NCBI GenBank assembly: GCA_963693365.1
Contig: CAVNZM010000003.1
Span: forward strand, 2,923,106 to 2,987,105
Origin: Amoebidium appalachense
Lineage: Eukaryota > Protista > Ichthyosporea
Reading direction: 5' to 3'
Length of the DNA stretch: 64,000 nucleotides
The notes under the pieces were generated by a model, which searched no databases, was not told the DNA's origin, and saw nothing but the letters and a program-made list of their open reading frames with translations. Positions 21,731-32,395 of this stretch are shown in pieces; the stretch's first letter is position 1, and each line of letters opens with the position of its first letter. A program made the position numbers and the translations under genes.

Positions 21731-23475
21731 TTAAGCCTCCACCGTCACCTCACGGGCACCGGACAGCACCAGCACGTTCTCGTGGTGCACGAAGGTGTCG
21801 AGGGTCAGGTCGTCCTGAACCGTGGGTTCCCCGACCCCGGCGGAGAACTTTTCCGTGTTCAGGTGCAGCAGAATGGGGGTGGCGTCGGAGCTGGTGTCGA
21901 GCCCAGAGTACAGGTCACGGTCCCTCTCGAGGTCCAGGGCGATCATGAACTGCTTGTCGGGCCAGGACGTGGAGTTGTACATGCAATCGGCCGTGACGTC
22001 ACCCAAGAAGTAGAGGGCCTTAGCCAGCTCGGCCCATGCCTCGGCGCAGTTGTTCTTCGACACACGAATTTCGTCGAGGGGCTTCTGGTAGGGGCCTATC
22101 TTGATCTGGTAGCTCGTTATGTTGCTGCGTTCCGACCTAAACGACTCGTAGCCGGCCTGGGCCCACGTGTTGCCGTTACGAACGAGGGAGAGCAGGGACT
22201 TGACGTTTCTCCCCCGGAACGAAATGTGCAGGTCAGGTCGGCAGGGCTGCCCCCCTTGACGTAGCTCTGGAAGTGGGTGAACGTACTGTAGGGAATGTAC
22301 ATGTTCTTCTCCATCAAGGCCTTTTCGAAGCCGGCCGTGTAGACGGCGTTCCACTCGATGATTTCGCAGTGGAGGACGGGGTTGATGATCTCGTAGGCGA
22401 CGTCCTTGAGCCAATTCTCGTTCTCGGTGGGCACGTACAACACTTGGTTTGCCTCACCCAACGACAGCTCGATCTGCACCTCCCCCATGTACGACAGCGG
22501 GAGGTACCGGCCGGACCGCATGAGGCCGAGCTTGAGCTGGTGAATGTAGGTGAAACCGTCGGTGGCGTCGATTTGGGCCTGGATGTTGGCCTGGTGGGGA
22601 GGCCACTTGGCGGCGCCGGCGGTGTAGTCGAGGAAGCGGTCGGCAGGAATGCCGTCCTTGCCCGGCAGCTTGTCGACATCGGGGGCAAACAGGGCCTCGT
22701 TGGGCAAGGGGTCCGTCCCCCTCGCCTTCTCGATGCCAAAGAGCTTTTTGAGGGGGTCGGGGTTGAAGGACGAGTACTGGGCGGCCGTGGTGGTGTTCCA
22801 CTTGTCCGCATACTCCCAGTCGGCGTCCTGCGGGCTGTACGTCCCGTGCATGCGGCCGGCGGGGCTGTTGCCGTAGTCGGTCGACGACAGGAACCGTTCC
22901 AGGTTGATCATCAGGTGGTTGTAGCCTGAAATGTCCTCGACGGTGGTGCCGTTGATGGACACACGGGCCCTTTCAAACGGTGCGGCCGAGGAGCAGAGGT
23001 GGCCCCCCATCATGGCCATCCCCTCCAGGTTGCGGACCTTGAGGGGGAAAATGTCGGTTGCCGCCGCGTTGTTGTTGAGGGTGTTGTTGGCCAACGTCTC
23101 GCTCTGGGGCACGGTGGTGCCCTCGTAGTCCCTTATGGTGGTGTCGATCTCGAGGGGGTGGGCCAGCTGACCGGGGAGGGGGAACCTGCGCAGCCTCTCC
23201 ACCTTCACGCCCACGTACTCGGGGGCGTTGGGCACGTTGGCCTTGAACTGGAACGTCATGTAGGAGTAGAGACAGTCCAGGAAGCCCACGGCCGGCAGGG
23301 AGAACCGAATCACGCGCTGCCCCTTTGAGCTGTACGTCGAGCCGGTCACCGGGTAGGTCTTGACCGTCGACCGGCGGTTGATGTGGCTGAGCTCCACGGG
23401 CGAGTACGTGCCGGCGTCCGTCAGCTTGTGGTAGGCCATGTTGAGGGGCACGGAGGCGTCGTAGGGGGCTGCCAT
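21731..23475 (-). pseudogene. MCP: Major capsid protein (double jelly-roll, PLV type), frameshifted by a 5-bp duplication
   Basis: IRFSLP..GFLD..SY.TF, R.RVSING..VEDI..YN.L, LGL..SG.YLPL..MG...IEL.L, and C-terminal F.IALDLE...SGLDT. Removing one copy of aggtc (22230-22239) fuses the two ORFs into 579 aa. Confidence 0.85.
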
Positions 23476-23516
23476 GTTGGTGGTGTGTTTACCTATGCCG
23501 TACATTTTTTTCGCCG

Positions 23517-24293
23517 TCACTGTCGCCGCCACCGTCGGACCCCCGGGGACCCCAGCACCACCTCCTGTTCGAAATTTCGAAACATCCGCCCCTCGTTCAA
23601 GCGGATAAAGAGGAAGTCGTGCTTGCCCCGGTAGACCGTGTCCATCAATTCGAAAAATTGGGGGGTCTCGAGGGCGAGCAGGAACTCGTCCCGCAACACC
23701 TTGAGCTCGGTGTTGTTGGTGTTCTTGAAGTAGGCCAAGGCGTCAGCCTGGCTGCGCAGCTCGAGGGGTATCTTGTTGAGCTTCTGCCCGACCATCATCA
23801 CCGACACACCAATGTGTCGGCGGTTCTGCGCCATGCGCACAAACTCGCGCAGGTTGCCCGACTTGCGAAAAATGTGGGACATGTCGTCAAACACCAGCAG
23901 CATGCGGTAGTTGGGGTTAACCTTCTTGTGCTGAAGCGACAGCTTGAGAATCTCGGGGAGGAACGACACGTCCTGGTGCAGGCGGGCCTTGGGGATTTTC
24001 AGGGCCGTGCCCAGGGTGTGCATGCTCGGGCTGAAAATGTACACGCGGTCAAACAGTTTATTGTAGAACTGACCCTCCCGGGCAATCAAGTTGACGAGCA
24101 GGTTGGACTTGCCGGACCCGGGCTGGCCAATGAGCAGGAAGAAGAACACGTTGTCCATCAACGGGTAGGGCACCCTCAGCTTGGTGTCGCACGTCATTGG
24201 TATGTGCTCCACCGAGAGGGGTGCGGGCAGGGGCTTGACGGCAATGGGCGGGGGCGGGTGCATGATGGTGTCACTCTCACCCAACAGGCCCAT
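23517..24293 (-). CDS. A32-like (FtsK-HerA) DNA packaging ATPase
   Basis: Walker A GQPGSGKS, Walker B LLVFDD, and NRRH.GVS....GQ....IP..LR motif; adjacent to the major capsid gene. Confidence 0.93.
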   Translation of the reverse strand: MGLLGESDTIMHPPPPIAVKPLPAPLSVEHIPMTCDTKLRVPYPLMDNVFFFLLIGQPGSGKSNLLVNLIAREGQFYNKLFDRVYIFSPSMHTLGTALKIPKARLHQDVSFLPEILKLSLQHKKVNPNYRMLLVFDDMSHIFRKSGNLREFVRMAQNRRHIGVSVMMVGQKLNKIPLELRSQADALAYFKNTNNTELKVLRDEFLLALETPQFFELMDTVYRGKHDFLFIRLNEGRMFRNFEQEVVLGSPGVRRWRRQ

Positions 24294-24297
24294 AAAA

Positions 24298-24534
24298 TTA
24301 GTGCCTGCAGCCGTCGATTTGCACGTTGTAGACCGTGAAGTCGTCCAGGCACTCGAAGCTGCAGAGGTACATGGGCTCGTCACCCAGCCACGTCATGACG
24401 CACCCACAGTCAAAGTCGTAGCCCGGCCCCTCCTCCTGGGTGGCGCACTTGAACCAGTGCCCACAGTAGTCGCACGCGTGCTGCCATGGTTCGGCGTCCG
24501 TGTCGGATGCCGCCTTGGTTGTCGGGTTGGCCAT
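24298..24534 (-). CDS. Small Cys-rich (zinc-finger-like) protein, 78 aa
   Basis: CDYC..C..CGC..CSFEC; transcribed divergently from the symmetric motif at 24559-24611. Confidence 0.55.
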   Translation of the reverse strand: MANPTTKAASDTDAEPWQHACDYCGHWFKCATQEEGPGYDFDCGCVMTWLGDEPMYLCSFECLDDFTVYNVQIDGCRH

Positions 24535-24558
24535 GTCGGTTGCCGTGTCTGTAATACG

Positions 24559-24611
24559 GCACACATTTTTTGGACGTTGGCACCGTCCAACGTCGGTAAA
24601 AAAATGTGTGC
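24559..24611. promoter_or_regulatory. Putative bidirectional promoter (near-palindromic)
   Basis: GCACACATTTTTT-GGACGTTGG-caccgt-CCAACGTC-ggt-AAAAAAATGTGTGC between divergent ATGs at 24534(-) and 24628(+). Confidence 0.55.
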
Positions 24612-24627
24612 GTACTGGTAACCAACC

Positions 24628-25236
24628 ATGTCGGCCGAAGACAACCAAATCGAGCGCGTGTCTGACGGCGAAGTCCACCAACCCGTGTCCAACGGCGCCA
24701 CCGGCATGGGTGTGGAGCCCATGGTGTTGGACGCCGGCCACGTGGCCAAGGTGAGACGGCAGCCCACGGCCCGGCAGCTGGAAGCCCTGGAGAAGGGCCG
24801 GAGCACCAGGGTGGAACGCATGCGGCGAAACAAGGACTACATCCGTGAACTCGAGCAGAAGCTGCAGGTGCTGGAGACCCGCCCGCCCGGCCCCCCGCCG
24901 GCAAAAGCAGAAGCACCGGCACAACCCCCAAAAGCACCCCGGCCAAGGCAGAAGAAGGCACCACGGAAGCCCATGACGAGGGTGGTGTTCGAGGAAGGGG
25001 ACAGCGATGGCGGCTATGACGACTCGGACCCGCACAGCAACCCCTACTACCAGTACTACATGCCCCCGCCGGTACCACACCCCATGGGTGCACCGGGCGG
25101 GTACGCACCTCCACAGACACGCCACAGTGCCCCCCACACGGGCATGGGCTACGGTCCGTACCACCCTCCTGCAGCAGCAGCACCCCCTCCCCAGCGCAGC
25201 TACAGCGACCACATCGCCAGCCTCATTTCGTGGTGA
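24628..25236 (+). CDS. Hypothetical viral protein with QLEALEKGR coiled-coil/basic segment and Pro/Tyr-rich tail
   Basis: Clean 202-aa ORF with accATG start. Confidence 0.75.
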   Translation: MSAEDNQIERVSDGEVHQPVSNGATGMGVEPMVLDAGHVAKVRRQPTARQLEALEKGRSTRVERMRRNKDYIRELEQKLQVLETRPPGPPPAKAEAPAQPPKAPRPRQKKAPRKPMTRVVFEEGDSDGGYDDSDPHSNPYYQYYMPPPVPHPMGAPGGYAPPQTRHSAPHTGMGYGPYHPPAAAAPPPQRSYSDHIASLISW

Positions 25237-25292
25237 CGTAGGAAGGAAAAATTCGTGTGCCCCCACTAGTAGCAAGCTACCGGTGCACGGCC

Positions 25293-25584
25293 ATGGCTAC
25301 CCCTAGGAGCACGAAAAACCTGCCGTCGGCGTACTCGTCGCCGTTTACGTTCGACGACTACCTCGAGTTCTACATACGACACGGCACGGACAAACAGTTC
25401 GACCCGGCCGACAAGGCCGGGAAGAAGCCCGAAAACAAAATCGAAAAAAAAATTCCTGAGGTTGAAGAAGAGGGTGCCGGTCGACCGGCAGGAGGAGCTG
25501 AGGAAGGTGCTGGAATACGAGGCCGAGCTCGATGCCCGCATGCTGGCCCACATACAGAAGCAGGAGGGAGAGACCAACATCTAA
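25293..25584 (+). pseudogene. Small hypothetical protein, frameshift at poly-A (~25444-25452)
   Basis: MATPRSTKN..FDDYLEFY..KIEKK continues as FLRLKKR..EGETNI* after a frame change in the A-run. Confidence 0.5.
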
Positions 25585-25826
25585 AAATAGGACCGGCCAC
25601 CGCCCGACCGACCGGCCCGGAAAGACCTCTGCAGGTAGTTGATGTTGCTGCCGGCGTAGGCAATGCCCTGGGCGGCACGACCAATGTCCATGACCGTCCG
25701 GAACCTGTCCCAGGCCTCGTTGGGGTGGACGATGACGGTGTGGCTGCGTGGTGTGGCCGTGCGGTCCGGCAGTGCCGGCCGCCAGTACTCGGAGTCGTTG
25801 ACGTGCCCCACCCCTCGAAAATCCAT
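25581..25826 (-). CDS. Small hypothetical viral protein (81 aa)
   Basis: MDFRGVGH.. with aaacATG context, downstream of the penton gene. Confidence 0.5.
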   Translation of the reverse strand: MDFRGVGHVNDSEYWRPALPDRTATPRSHTVIVHPNEAWDRFRTVMDIGRAAQGIAYAGSNINYLQRSFRAGRSGGGRSYF

Positions 25827-25882
25827 GTTTGTTTGTAAGGCTCCCGTTAACCGTTGTATGTCAAAATATAGCCACCGTGACG

Positions 25883-26968
25883 CTAGCCGAACCGTTGGGG
25901 TTTGGCCATGGGCCGGATCGCCGTGACCCCCGTGGGGCTCGGGATTCGCCGGAGGCACAATAAAACCGTCATGTCCCCCCTCAGCCCCACCACGTCCCCG
26001 TAGCAGCTGACCAGCTTGATGCTGAGCGAGTTGATGTGCGTGCTGACGTCCAGAGGCAGCTCGACGACGGCCCCGTTGTCAAAGAGGGGGAGGGCGTACT
26101 GCGGGAAGGTGGGTATGACGGCCAGAATGTCCTTGCTCGGATAGGACGACTGGAACTTGACGTCGGCGTTGGCCACGCTCACCGACGACTCCGAATTCAC
26201 CCCGTGCAGCTCAAGGAAAAAGTGGCTGGGGAATGCCGGTATGTTGGGGGCCATGACCTCTCCCTCTGCCCTAGAGGCGGCCAGCTGGCCGTCGAGGGGC
26301 ATGCCGGCCGCTGCAGCCATGACCGGGCTGTCGAACCACATGACCACCCGGTAAAACTCATTCGCATTGAACAGCGTGATGCGGCTGGCTACTTGGTGAC
26401 ACCCCACCCCCAACGTGTCCACGTCGTTCACAATCTCGTCCTTGATGGCGTCGGGTAGATTCGGGTGGTAGACTTCCTTCAAGGCGTAGTTCAACCAGGC
26501 AGCCACGAGCGTGCCCACAATGTTCTCGTCGTCTAGTTCATACGCCTCAGAGTCATCCGCGCACAGTTTTCTGGACCCACGGCCGATGTACTCTCCCCTA
26601 GGGTCCACCCCAAACTCGTACAGGGGTATCTGCTTGAAGGTCGACAACGACGATTCCGGCACGTCCGCAGGGAGGGGCTCCAGGGGTATGCGTCTGTGCT
26701 CCATGCTGGGCCCCCACCCGCCCGGGGAGCCGGGGTCGACCGGCCGCAGGGCAATGTTGACGTAGCACTTGTCACGAGGGAAGGGGTAGTAGAAGGTGTT
26801 GGCCGACGTCATGGTGCTCACCCAACGGGCACCCAACGACGTGTTCTGCATGAACCCGATGGGCGGTGAGAGCATGGCCTTCATCTGCACAGGTGCAGGC
26901 TCCTGCTGGCCCTGCACAAAGTCACCGACGTGCTGCATGACAACCAGGTGTGTGGGTGCGTGGTCCAT
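25883..26968 (-). CDS. Minor capsid protein (penton, single jelly-roll), putative
   Basis: C-terminal SKDILAVIP...INSLSIKL....GDVVGL.GD.TVLL pattern typical of Polinton/virophage pentons; 361 aa; lies in the structural module. Confidence 0.7.
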   Translation of the reverse strand: MDHAPTHLVVMQHVGDFVQGQQEPAPVQMKAMLSPPIGFMQNTSLGARWVSTMTSANTFYYPFPRDKCYVNIALRPVDPGSPGGWGPSMEHRRIPLEPLPADVPESSLSTFKQIPLYEFGVDPRGEYIGRGSRKLCADDSEAYELDDENIVGTLVAAWLNYALKEVYHPNLPDAIKDEIVNDVDTLGVGCHQVASRITLFNANEFYRVVMWFDSPVMAAAAGMPLDGQLAASRAEGEVMAPNIPAFPSHFFLELHGVNSESSVSVANADVKFQSSYPSKDILAVIPTFPQYALPLFDNGAVVELPLDVSTHINSLSIKLVSCYGDVVGLRGDMTVLLCLRRIPSPTGVTAIRPMAKPQRFG

Positions 26969-27026
26969 GGTGGTGGTTGTTACGTAATGAGGTACAAAAA
27001 ATCGCCGTGTAACAGTAACGTGCAAC

Positions 27027-28496
27027 ATGCCGAGCACAACCGACTGGACCGTGGCCACCGGGCTGGCCCTCGCCAACCGGCGCAGAAACGGCTACTACGT
27101 GGGGCTCCTGCCCGACAACGCCGCCCACGACCACGACGCATACGAGCTGACGTTGCCCACCACCCGGCCGGCCACCGACTCGTACGTGGCGTGCGGTGCA
27201 GACGGCGTGCTCTCGTTTGTGGCTGCCGCCGACGTGCCCACGGACATGACGGTCAAGAACCTGGAGGCCAGGGTGGTCGCAGTGGAGGGGGTCAACACCA
27301 CCCAGGACACCGACATTGCCAGTCTCAAAACCACCACGGGAGGCCTGGACACACGGCTGACGGCGGTGGAGACGAAAGCCACGAGTGCCCTCGACACGGC
27401 CAACGGTGCGGTGACGATCAACACCGCCCAGACAAACGACATTGCCGGCCTCAAAACCACCACAGGAAGTCTGGACACACGGCTGACGGCAGTGGAGAGC
27501 AAGGCCACCACCGCCCTCGGCACGGCCAACGGTGCGGTGACGGTCAACACCACACAGAACACGGACATTGCCGCCCTCAAGACCACCACGGGAGGCCTGG
27601 ACACGAGGCTGACGGCAGTGGAGAGCAAGGCCACCACCGCCCTCAGCACCGCCAACGGTGCAGTGACGGTCAACACCACACAGAACACGGACATTGCCGG
27701 CCTCAAGACCACCACGGGGAGCCTGGACACGAGGCTGACGGCAGTGGAGAGCAAGGCCACCAGCGCCCTCGGCACGGCCAACGGTGCAGTGACGGTCAAC
27801 ACCACCCAGACAAACGACATTGCCGGCCTCAAGACTACCACCGGTACACTCACAACGGACATGACGGCCATCAAGAACAGACTCCCTGCCAACACCAACA
27901 GGCTGGCCGATGAAGCGTGGGTGAGGCAGAGGACCGGCCCAGCGTACAAGGCAGTGAAGGTGTACCACATTACCAACCGAACGTGGAGCTCCCTCTTGGG
28001 CGATACAGCCGCTGCATGGGGTGACATTTTTAGCCTCAAGTCGGACACCGACCCAAACATCAACCTTGGGTGGATGACACAGCCAGGGGCCGAACTGCTC
28101 ATCGTGCACGAGTTTTGGAAGGCGCTCGGCAACAACCAATTCCAGTTCATGGTGCAGGAAGGTCGGGTGTCCATGGCCTGTGTGGACCCTGTTAGTCCGA
28201 ACGGCCATTACCCGTTTGCCATAGGGTGTGGTCTGATCAAGGGGGAACTACAGCCCACAGGAAACGGGACAGATTTCTGGCTACGAATAAGGGTGACCAA
28301 TAGAGCCTCTGACACCTATAGCTTTGGCAATGCGTCAGGCTACAATGCATTCAACGTGCAGGTGATTGCCAGGTACCCCCACTTTAGCGAATATGTCAAC
28401 AAATCTAGCATTCCGAGAACAGACCTCAACTTCCACGATCCAAACTACTTTGCCGACTACCCATATGCAACCGAGACAGGTAGCTGGCTACCCTAG
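27027..28496 (+). CDS. Fibre-like protein with 42-aa (6-heptad) coiled-coil repeats
   Basis: ~4.4 tandem 126-bp repeats at 27294-27850 (NTTQNTDIAxLKTTTGxLDTRLTAVESKATxAL.TANGAVTV). N-terminal YVG..D.YEL.LP domain and a distinct C-terminal head. Confidence 0.8.
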   Translation: MPSTTDWTVATGLALANRRRNGYYVGLLPDNAAHDHDAYELTLPTTRPATDSYVACGADGVLSFVAAADVPTDMTVKNLEARVVAVEGVNTTQDTDIASLKTTTGGLDTRLTAVETKATSALDTANGAVTINTAQTNDIAGLKTTTGSLDTRLTAVESKATTALGTANGAVTVNTTQNTDIAALKTTTGGLDTRLTAVESKATTALSTANGAVTVNTTQNTDIAGLKTTTGSLDTRLTAVESKATSALGTANGAVTVNTTQTNDIAGLKTTTGTLTTDMTAIKNRLPANTNRLADEAWVRQRTGPAYKAVKVYHITNRTWSSLLGDTAAAWGDIFSLKSDTDPNINLGWMTQPGAELLIVHEFWKALGNNQFQFMVQEGRVSMACVDPVSPNGHYPFAIGCGLIKGELQPTGNGTDFWLRIRVTNRASDTYSFGNASGYNAFNVQVIARYPHFSEYVNKSSIPRTDLNFHDPNYFADYPYATETGSWLP

Positions 28497-28538
28497 GTGC
28501 CAAGGTGAATTTTTCTCTACGGGGTATTAAGACTCACC

Positions 28539-28598
28539 ATGAGTCATTTGCAGTGGCACGTTTCCCAGGGAATTCCCCTACTGGCACCGAGAAACTAA
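28539..28598 (+). pseudogene. 19-aa stub paralogous to the N-terminus of the 28628 gene
   Basis: MSHLQWHVSQGIPLLAPRN* versus MNSLPWHVTEGVSLVGPKS; both preceded by actcaccATG. Confidence 0.6.
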
Positions 28599-28627
28599 AT
28601 TATTTCTAACACACTAGTAAACTCACC

Positions 28628-29361
28628 ATGAACAGTTTGCCGTGGCACGTTACCGAGGGAGTCTCCCTGGTGGGTCCAAAAAGCAGAGACTACTACGTCG
28701 GCATCCGACCCGACTCGAGCGGGCACGGGCACGACAGCTACGTCCTCGAGCTGCCCAAAAGCCTCCCCCGAGCGGGACCTGCCTTCTTGAAGGTGGACGA
28801 GGTGGGGGCCGGTACCTTCATGCCCGTGGCGGAGGTGACCGACCGGCTGGACGACCTGGAGAGGAGGGTGGTGCTGTTGGAAAAGGGCATGGTCAAGAAC
28901 TGGGAGGAGCACACCGTCTACGACACCATGAAGGAAACCCTGGACACTATAGTAAAGGTGCTGTGGGGGGACGACAAGGAGAACTTTGAAGACAACATTG
29001 TACGTCGCCTGCTGAGGCTGGAAGGCCTGACCCCCGACCCGATATTTCCCTACTCCATGTGGGTCCGGCCAAACTTTTTGTTTTCCGACGGGTGGACGTC
29101 GGTGCGTACCATAAACAGACAGATCAAGACAGCCCTGCCCGAACGCCCCGACTTCCCCAAGTTCCCCATGATAAGCAACCCAGACACCCCACACAGCATG
29201 GGCACCCCCCTCTTTTTTGGGAGCTGGGACGAGGAGAGACAGACCATCACGTTCCAGGCCCACCACTACCCCATGTCTGCACGAACCGCATGCTTCAAGT
29301 TCGACCATGTCGGCATAAACGGGCAGGACAAGGACGACGGCCACACGTACACCAAGGTTTT
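28628..29361 (+). pseudogene. 5' part of a second fibre-family gene, interrupted by the 17.5-kb insertion
   Basis: Shares the N-terminal domain with 27027 and has a short coiled coil. ..HTYTK-V joins F-IDFYEN at 46855 in frame (reconstructed 672 aa). Confidence 0.8.
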
Positions 29362-29530
29362 ATTTGTGGAAATTATTGACATAAATATTTTTCTGGGTAA
29401 ACACGTAGGATGGGTGTCCGATATCAACAGGCTTCGTTTCATGTTTTAGCAGTTCGCGTTCGGCTGCCCGCATACGGGCACCTATTAGCCGATCAAAGCA
29501 TCAGATTCCACAGATCACTAGACCGAGTTT

Positions 29531-29606
29531 GATTGGCTCAGGATAAGATTTCACATAACACTAGATCGGTTTTGATTGGCTCAGTTCGGCAGCCTTAGGT
29601 ATATAA
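29531..29606 (+). promoter_or_regulatory. Pol II-type promoter: two GATTGGCTCAG (CCAAT) boxes plus TATATAA
   Basis: gattggctcag at 29531 and 29575 and tatataa at ~29600, upstream of the gag-like ORF. Confidence 0.55.
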
Positions 29607-29726
29607 GCACGACAGTTTTTAGCAGATCAGCAAGCAACAACACATCCTCTGTGTTTAGCACCTACAGCTTTACAGCTATATTTTCTTTTTCTTTTCTTCT
29701 CCCTATCTTTCCCTACGCCGGTCAGC

Positions 29727-30286
29727 ATGCCGCCGAAAAAGCGCCAGGCCTCAGCCGCCGCCCCTACCGCGGCACCTAAGCGCCTAACCCGCAGCGACCT
29801 CCGCCACAGGCTGACCAACGCATCACTCGCCTCAGCACCCGATACCCGTGGACCCAGATCCACAACTATGACGTATACGCCCGAACCGTTGCCCACCAAC
29901 AGGGTCGGGCTCCGATCGAGTGTCCCAACCTGCTCGCCCAACTCCACCAGGATCTCCTCCTGCCACCCACTCTGCTCATCCCGGACGCATGTCAGCGTTG
30001 CGGCTTCCCCGACCACCCCAGCGCGGCCTGCCCCATGTACCCCAAGCCCGGCTGTGGTCTTGATGGTTTCGAGCCCCCCCACAAGCCCGGCGGGGGACAA
30101 ACCCCCAACCGACCCGGCCCGCAACCCGGCCCGGCACCACCGGCCCGACCCGTGGATCTACCCGCAACACACTGCAGGAATTTCCACAACGGTCGGTCCT
30201 GCGCTAAGCAGCCCTGCCCCTTCTCCCACGTGTGCCCGCTCTGCTCTGGCACACACCCCCGCAAAGACTGCAAGCACAATGCCTAG
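29727..30286 (+). pseudogene. gag: DIRS/Ngaro-type Gag-like protein (frameshift or deletion near 29800)
   Basis: Frame 29780-30286: RITRLSTRYPWTQIHNYDVYAR (W..YD..R motif), CCHC knuckle CQRCGFPDHPSAAC, and C-terminal CRNFHNGRSC..PC..SHVC..C...H....C finger. Confidence 0.7.
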
Positions 30287-30665
30287 TCTACGCGCACACC
30301 CACACCCACAGATAGAACATAGGGGCTAGGAGCTAGGTTACACGGGTCCAAGGACACGGAGCTCGGGAAAAACGGGGCACTAGGGCTGAGTAACATTTTT
30401 CGCAGGCCAACTACGGCGCCCGCGCGCGCCAAGAATAAATGTCCCTACACAAAGACGTTATTCTGGCCACTGCACATAAATTTACTCCCCCCCCCATCCC
30501 ACGAGCCTCCCCCCCTTACACTCACCTAGCGCTCCCTCCCTTCTTCTAACTCTGTGTACGCCCACACCCGCGCGTGCTCGGGCATCCCCTGCACAGGGCC
30601 CCGCTGCCCTCCCTGCAAACCCTCCCTCGGGCCCAGCTGCCCTACTCTAACCCCCCGGGGCCCTG

Positions 30666-30706
<41 letters not shown>

Positions 30707-31027
30707 ATGCCGGGATCTCCCCGAGGGTGCCCCACCCTTGCTAACCACCCCTTCCCCCCGAGGCTCAGCCCCGGTGGCCCGCCCGCTGCCCCAGCACCAC
30801 GTTGACACCTCCCGCCTCTGGGAGCTGCTGGCCCCCCTACCCAGCCCAATCATTCGCCGCGCAGCTCCTCCGTAACCAACTTCCCCGGACCCGACGACTC
30901 CGACCTTACCTGCAACCGGAGCCCTGCCCCTTCCCCCTTCTGGGTCCACAAGTTCCTATCCCTTCCCCTGGGCTCACCCCCCCCCCCCCCCCCCCCAGAT
31001 CTCCCCTTCCGGAGCAACGCTGGCCGA

Positions 31028-32395
31028 TTGGCCCCCCACTTTGCTCCGGCCGAGCTGCTTCGTGCCACCACTACCCTGCAGGAATGCCAGGCCCTGAGTC
31101 TCAACCTCGACTCTCGGGCCTTTTACTCCAGGGTACAAAAAAAAAAAAAGTTCATCGATTTTTGTGTGGCATCTCGGCTGCAATCCTCCGCCGGGTCCTC
31201 CCTCCCGGCCTCCCCCCACACCGTGCAGCTTTTTCTCGCCTGGTGTGCCCAACGAGGGGTACAGGCCTCTTCCTTGGCCGGCTACAATTCAGCCATCACC
31301 AGACTCCACCTCGACATGGGCCTCCCTGCTCCCTACCCCCACGACAAGTCTCTGGCCTGGTTCTTCCGAGGGGTGGGCAGATGGCAGCTTTCTCACAACA
31401 TCCGACCCCGATCATCCACCAGGGAGCCCCTCCTGCCCTCCCACCTTAGCCTACTCCATGGCCAGTGCCCCACCAAGGCCTCCTCGGCTAATCTACGGCT
31501 ATGGACGGCCCTCATCGTCGGTTTCTGTGGTCTCCTCCGTTCGGGGGAATTTACCTCCAAAACCCTGACTTCCTTTGACCCGTCCCGTCACGTTAAACGG
31601 AAAGACGTGACCTTCACCTACACCCCCACCGGTACTTTGTCCCATGCCACCCTCCACCTGCCAACCTCTAAGACGGATGTACAGGCCCGAGGTGTCAACG
31701 TCACTCTAGCTGCCCTGCCCCTCACCCACTTCTCCCCAGCCCATCTCCTCCGGCAGTTCCTGGATACAACGTCCGGTCAACCCAACGACCCCCTCTTCAG
31801 TCTCGGTGGCATCCCCTACACCAAGAGTGCTTTCTCTGCCGACTTCCGTGCCCTCCTCTCCCGGGCAGGCCTCTCACCCTCCCGGTTTGCCGGACACAGC
31901 CTCCGCATCGGGGGGCCCACAGCACTGGCTGAGGCCGGGGTCGACGACTCCCGGATCAAACAACTCGGCAGGTGGTCCTCCGACTGTTTCCTGATCTATA
32001 CCCGACTTCCCCCTAGGCAACACACGTCCCGGAGTAAACAGATAATGGGAGAAATTGTGAAGTTTACATTTTGTGACGTGGTGCCACAACGGGGGTATTT
32101 TATTAGCATACGAATAGTAAATGCTGAGCTGGGGACCCGGCAGGAAAGATATCGACCAACGTGGACGGCCCGTCATGAGCGGTGTTCGGATACAAAAACA
32201 CAGCAAAATATTGACATGAAAACATCCGAACGGGGCCTGCACGTTCGTGTCAAATTCTTCATATCATATCCAATTCGGATTCTGAGAGTCCACCAAGAAG
32301 ACAAAACGAACAAAAAACGTGCCCATCACAGATTTGTGGTGAAACACGTCTTCGGGGAAACACGTATTCCGGAATATATATTAGAATCAAAATAA
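31028..32395 (+). CDS. Tyrosine recombinase (DIRS/Ngaro type); recognisable domain ends ~32010
   Basis: N-terminal Y....F..FC core-binding region; catalytic R (LLRSGE), K (SKTD), HSLR, GRW and Y (FLIYTR) are all present. Confidence 0.92.
   Translation: MAPHFAPAELLRATTTLQECQALSLNLDSRAFYSRVQKKKKFIDFCVASRLQSSAGSSLPASPHTVQLFLAWCAQRGVQASSLAGYNSAITRLHLDMGLPAPYPHDKSLAWFFRGVGRWQLSHNIRPRSSTREPLLPSHLSLLHGQCPTKASSANLRLWTALIVGFCGLLRSGEFTSKTLTSFDPSRHVKRKDVTFTYTPTGTLSHATLHLPTSKTDVQARGVNVTLAALPLTHFSPAHLLRQFLDTTSGQPNDPLFSLGGIPYTKSAFSADFRALLSRAGLSPSRFAGHSLRIGGPTALAEAGVDDSRIKQLGRWSSDCFLIYTRLPPRQHTSRSKQIMGEIVKFTFCDVVPQRGYFISIRIVNAELGTRQERYRPTWTARHERCSDTKTQQNIDMKTSERGLHVRVKFFISYPIRILRVHQEDKTNKKRAHHRFVVKHVFGETRIPEYILESK

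Noticed and set aside
29465-29480. Hairpin tgcccg-cata-cgggca as a canonical Helitron terminator
   Set aside because: It lies ~100 bp from the boundary, with no TC...CTRR ends or A/T target.
32030-32395. C-terminal extension of the YR ORF as a real domain
   Set aside because: Composition changes right after the catalytic Tyr at the inverted-repeat boundary; likely read-through into foreign DNA.
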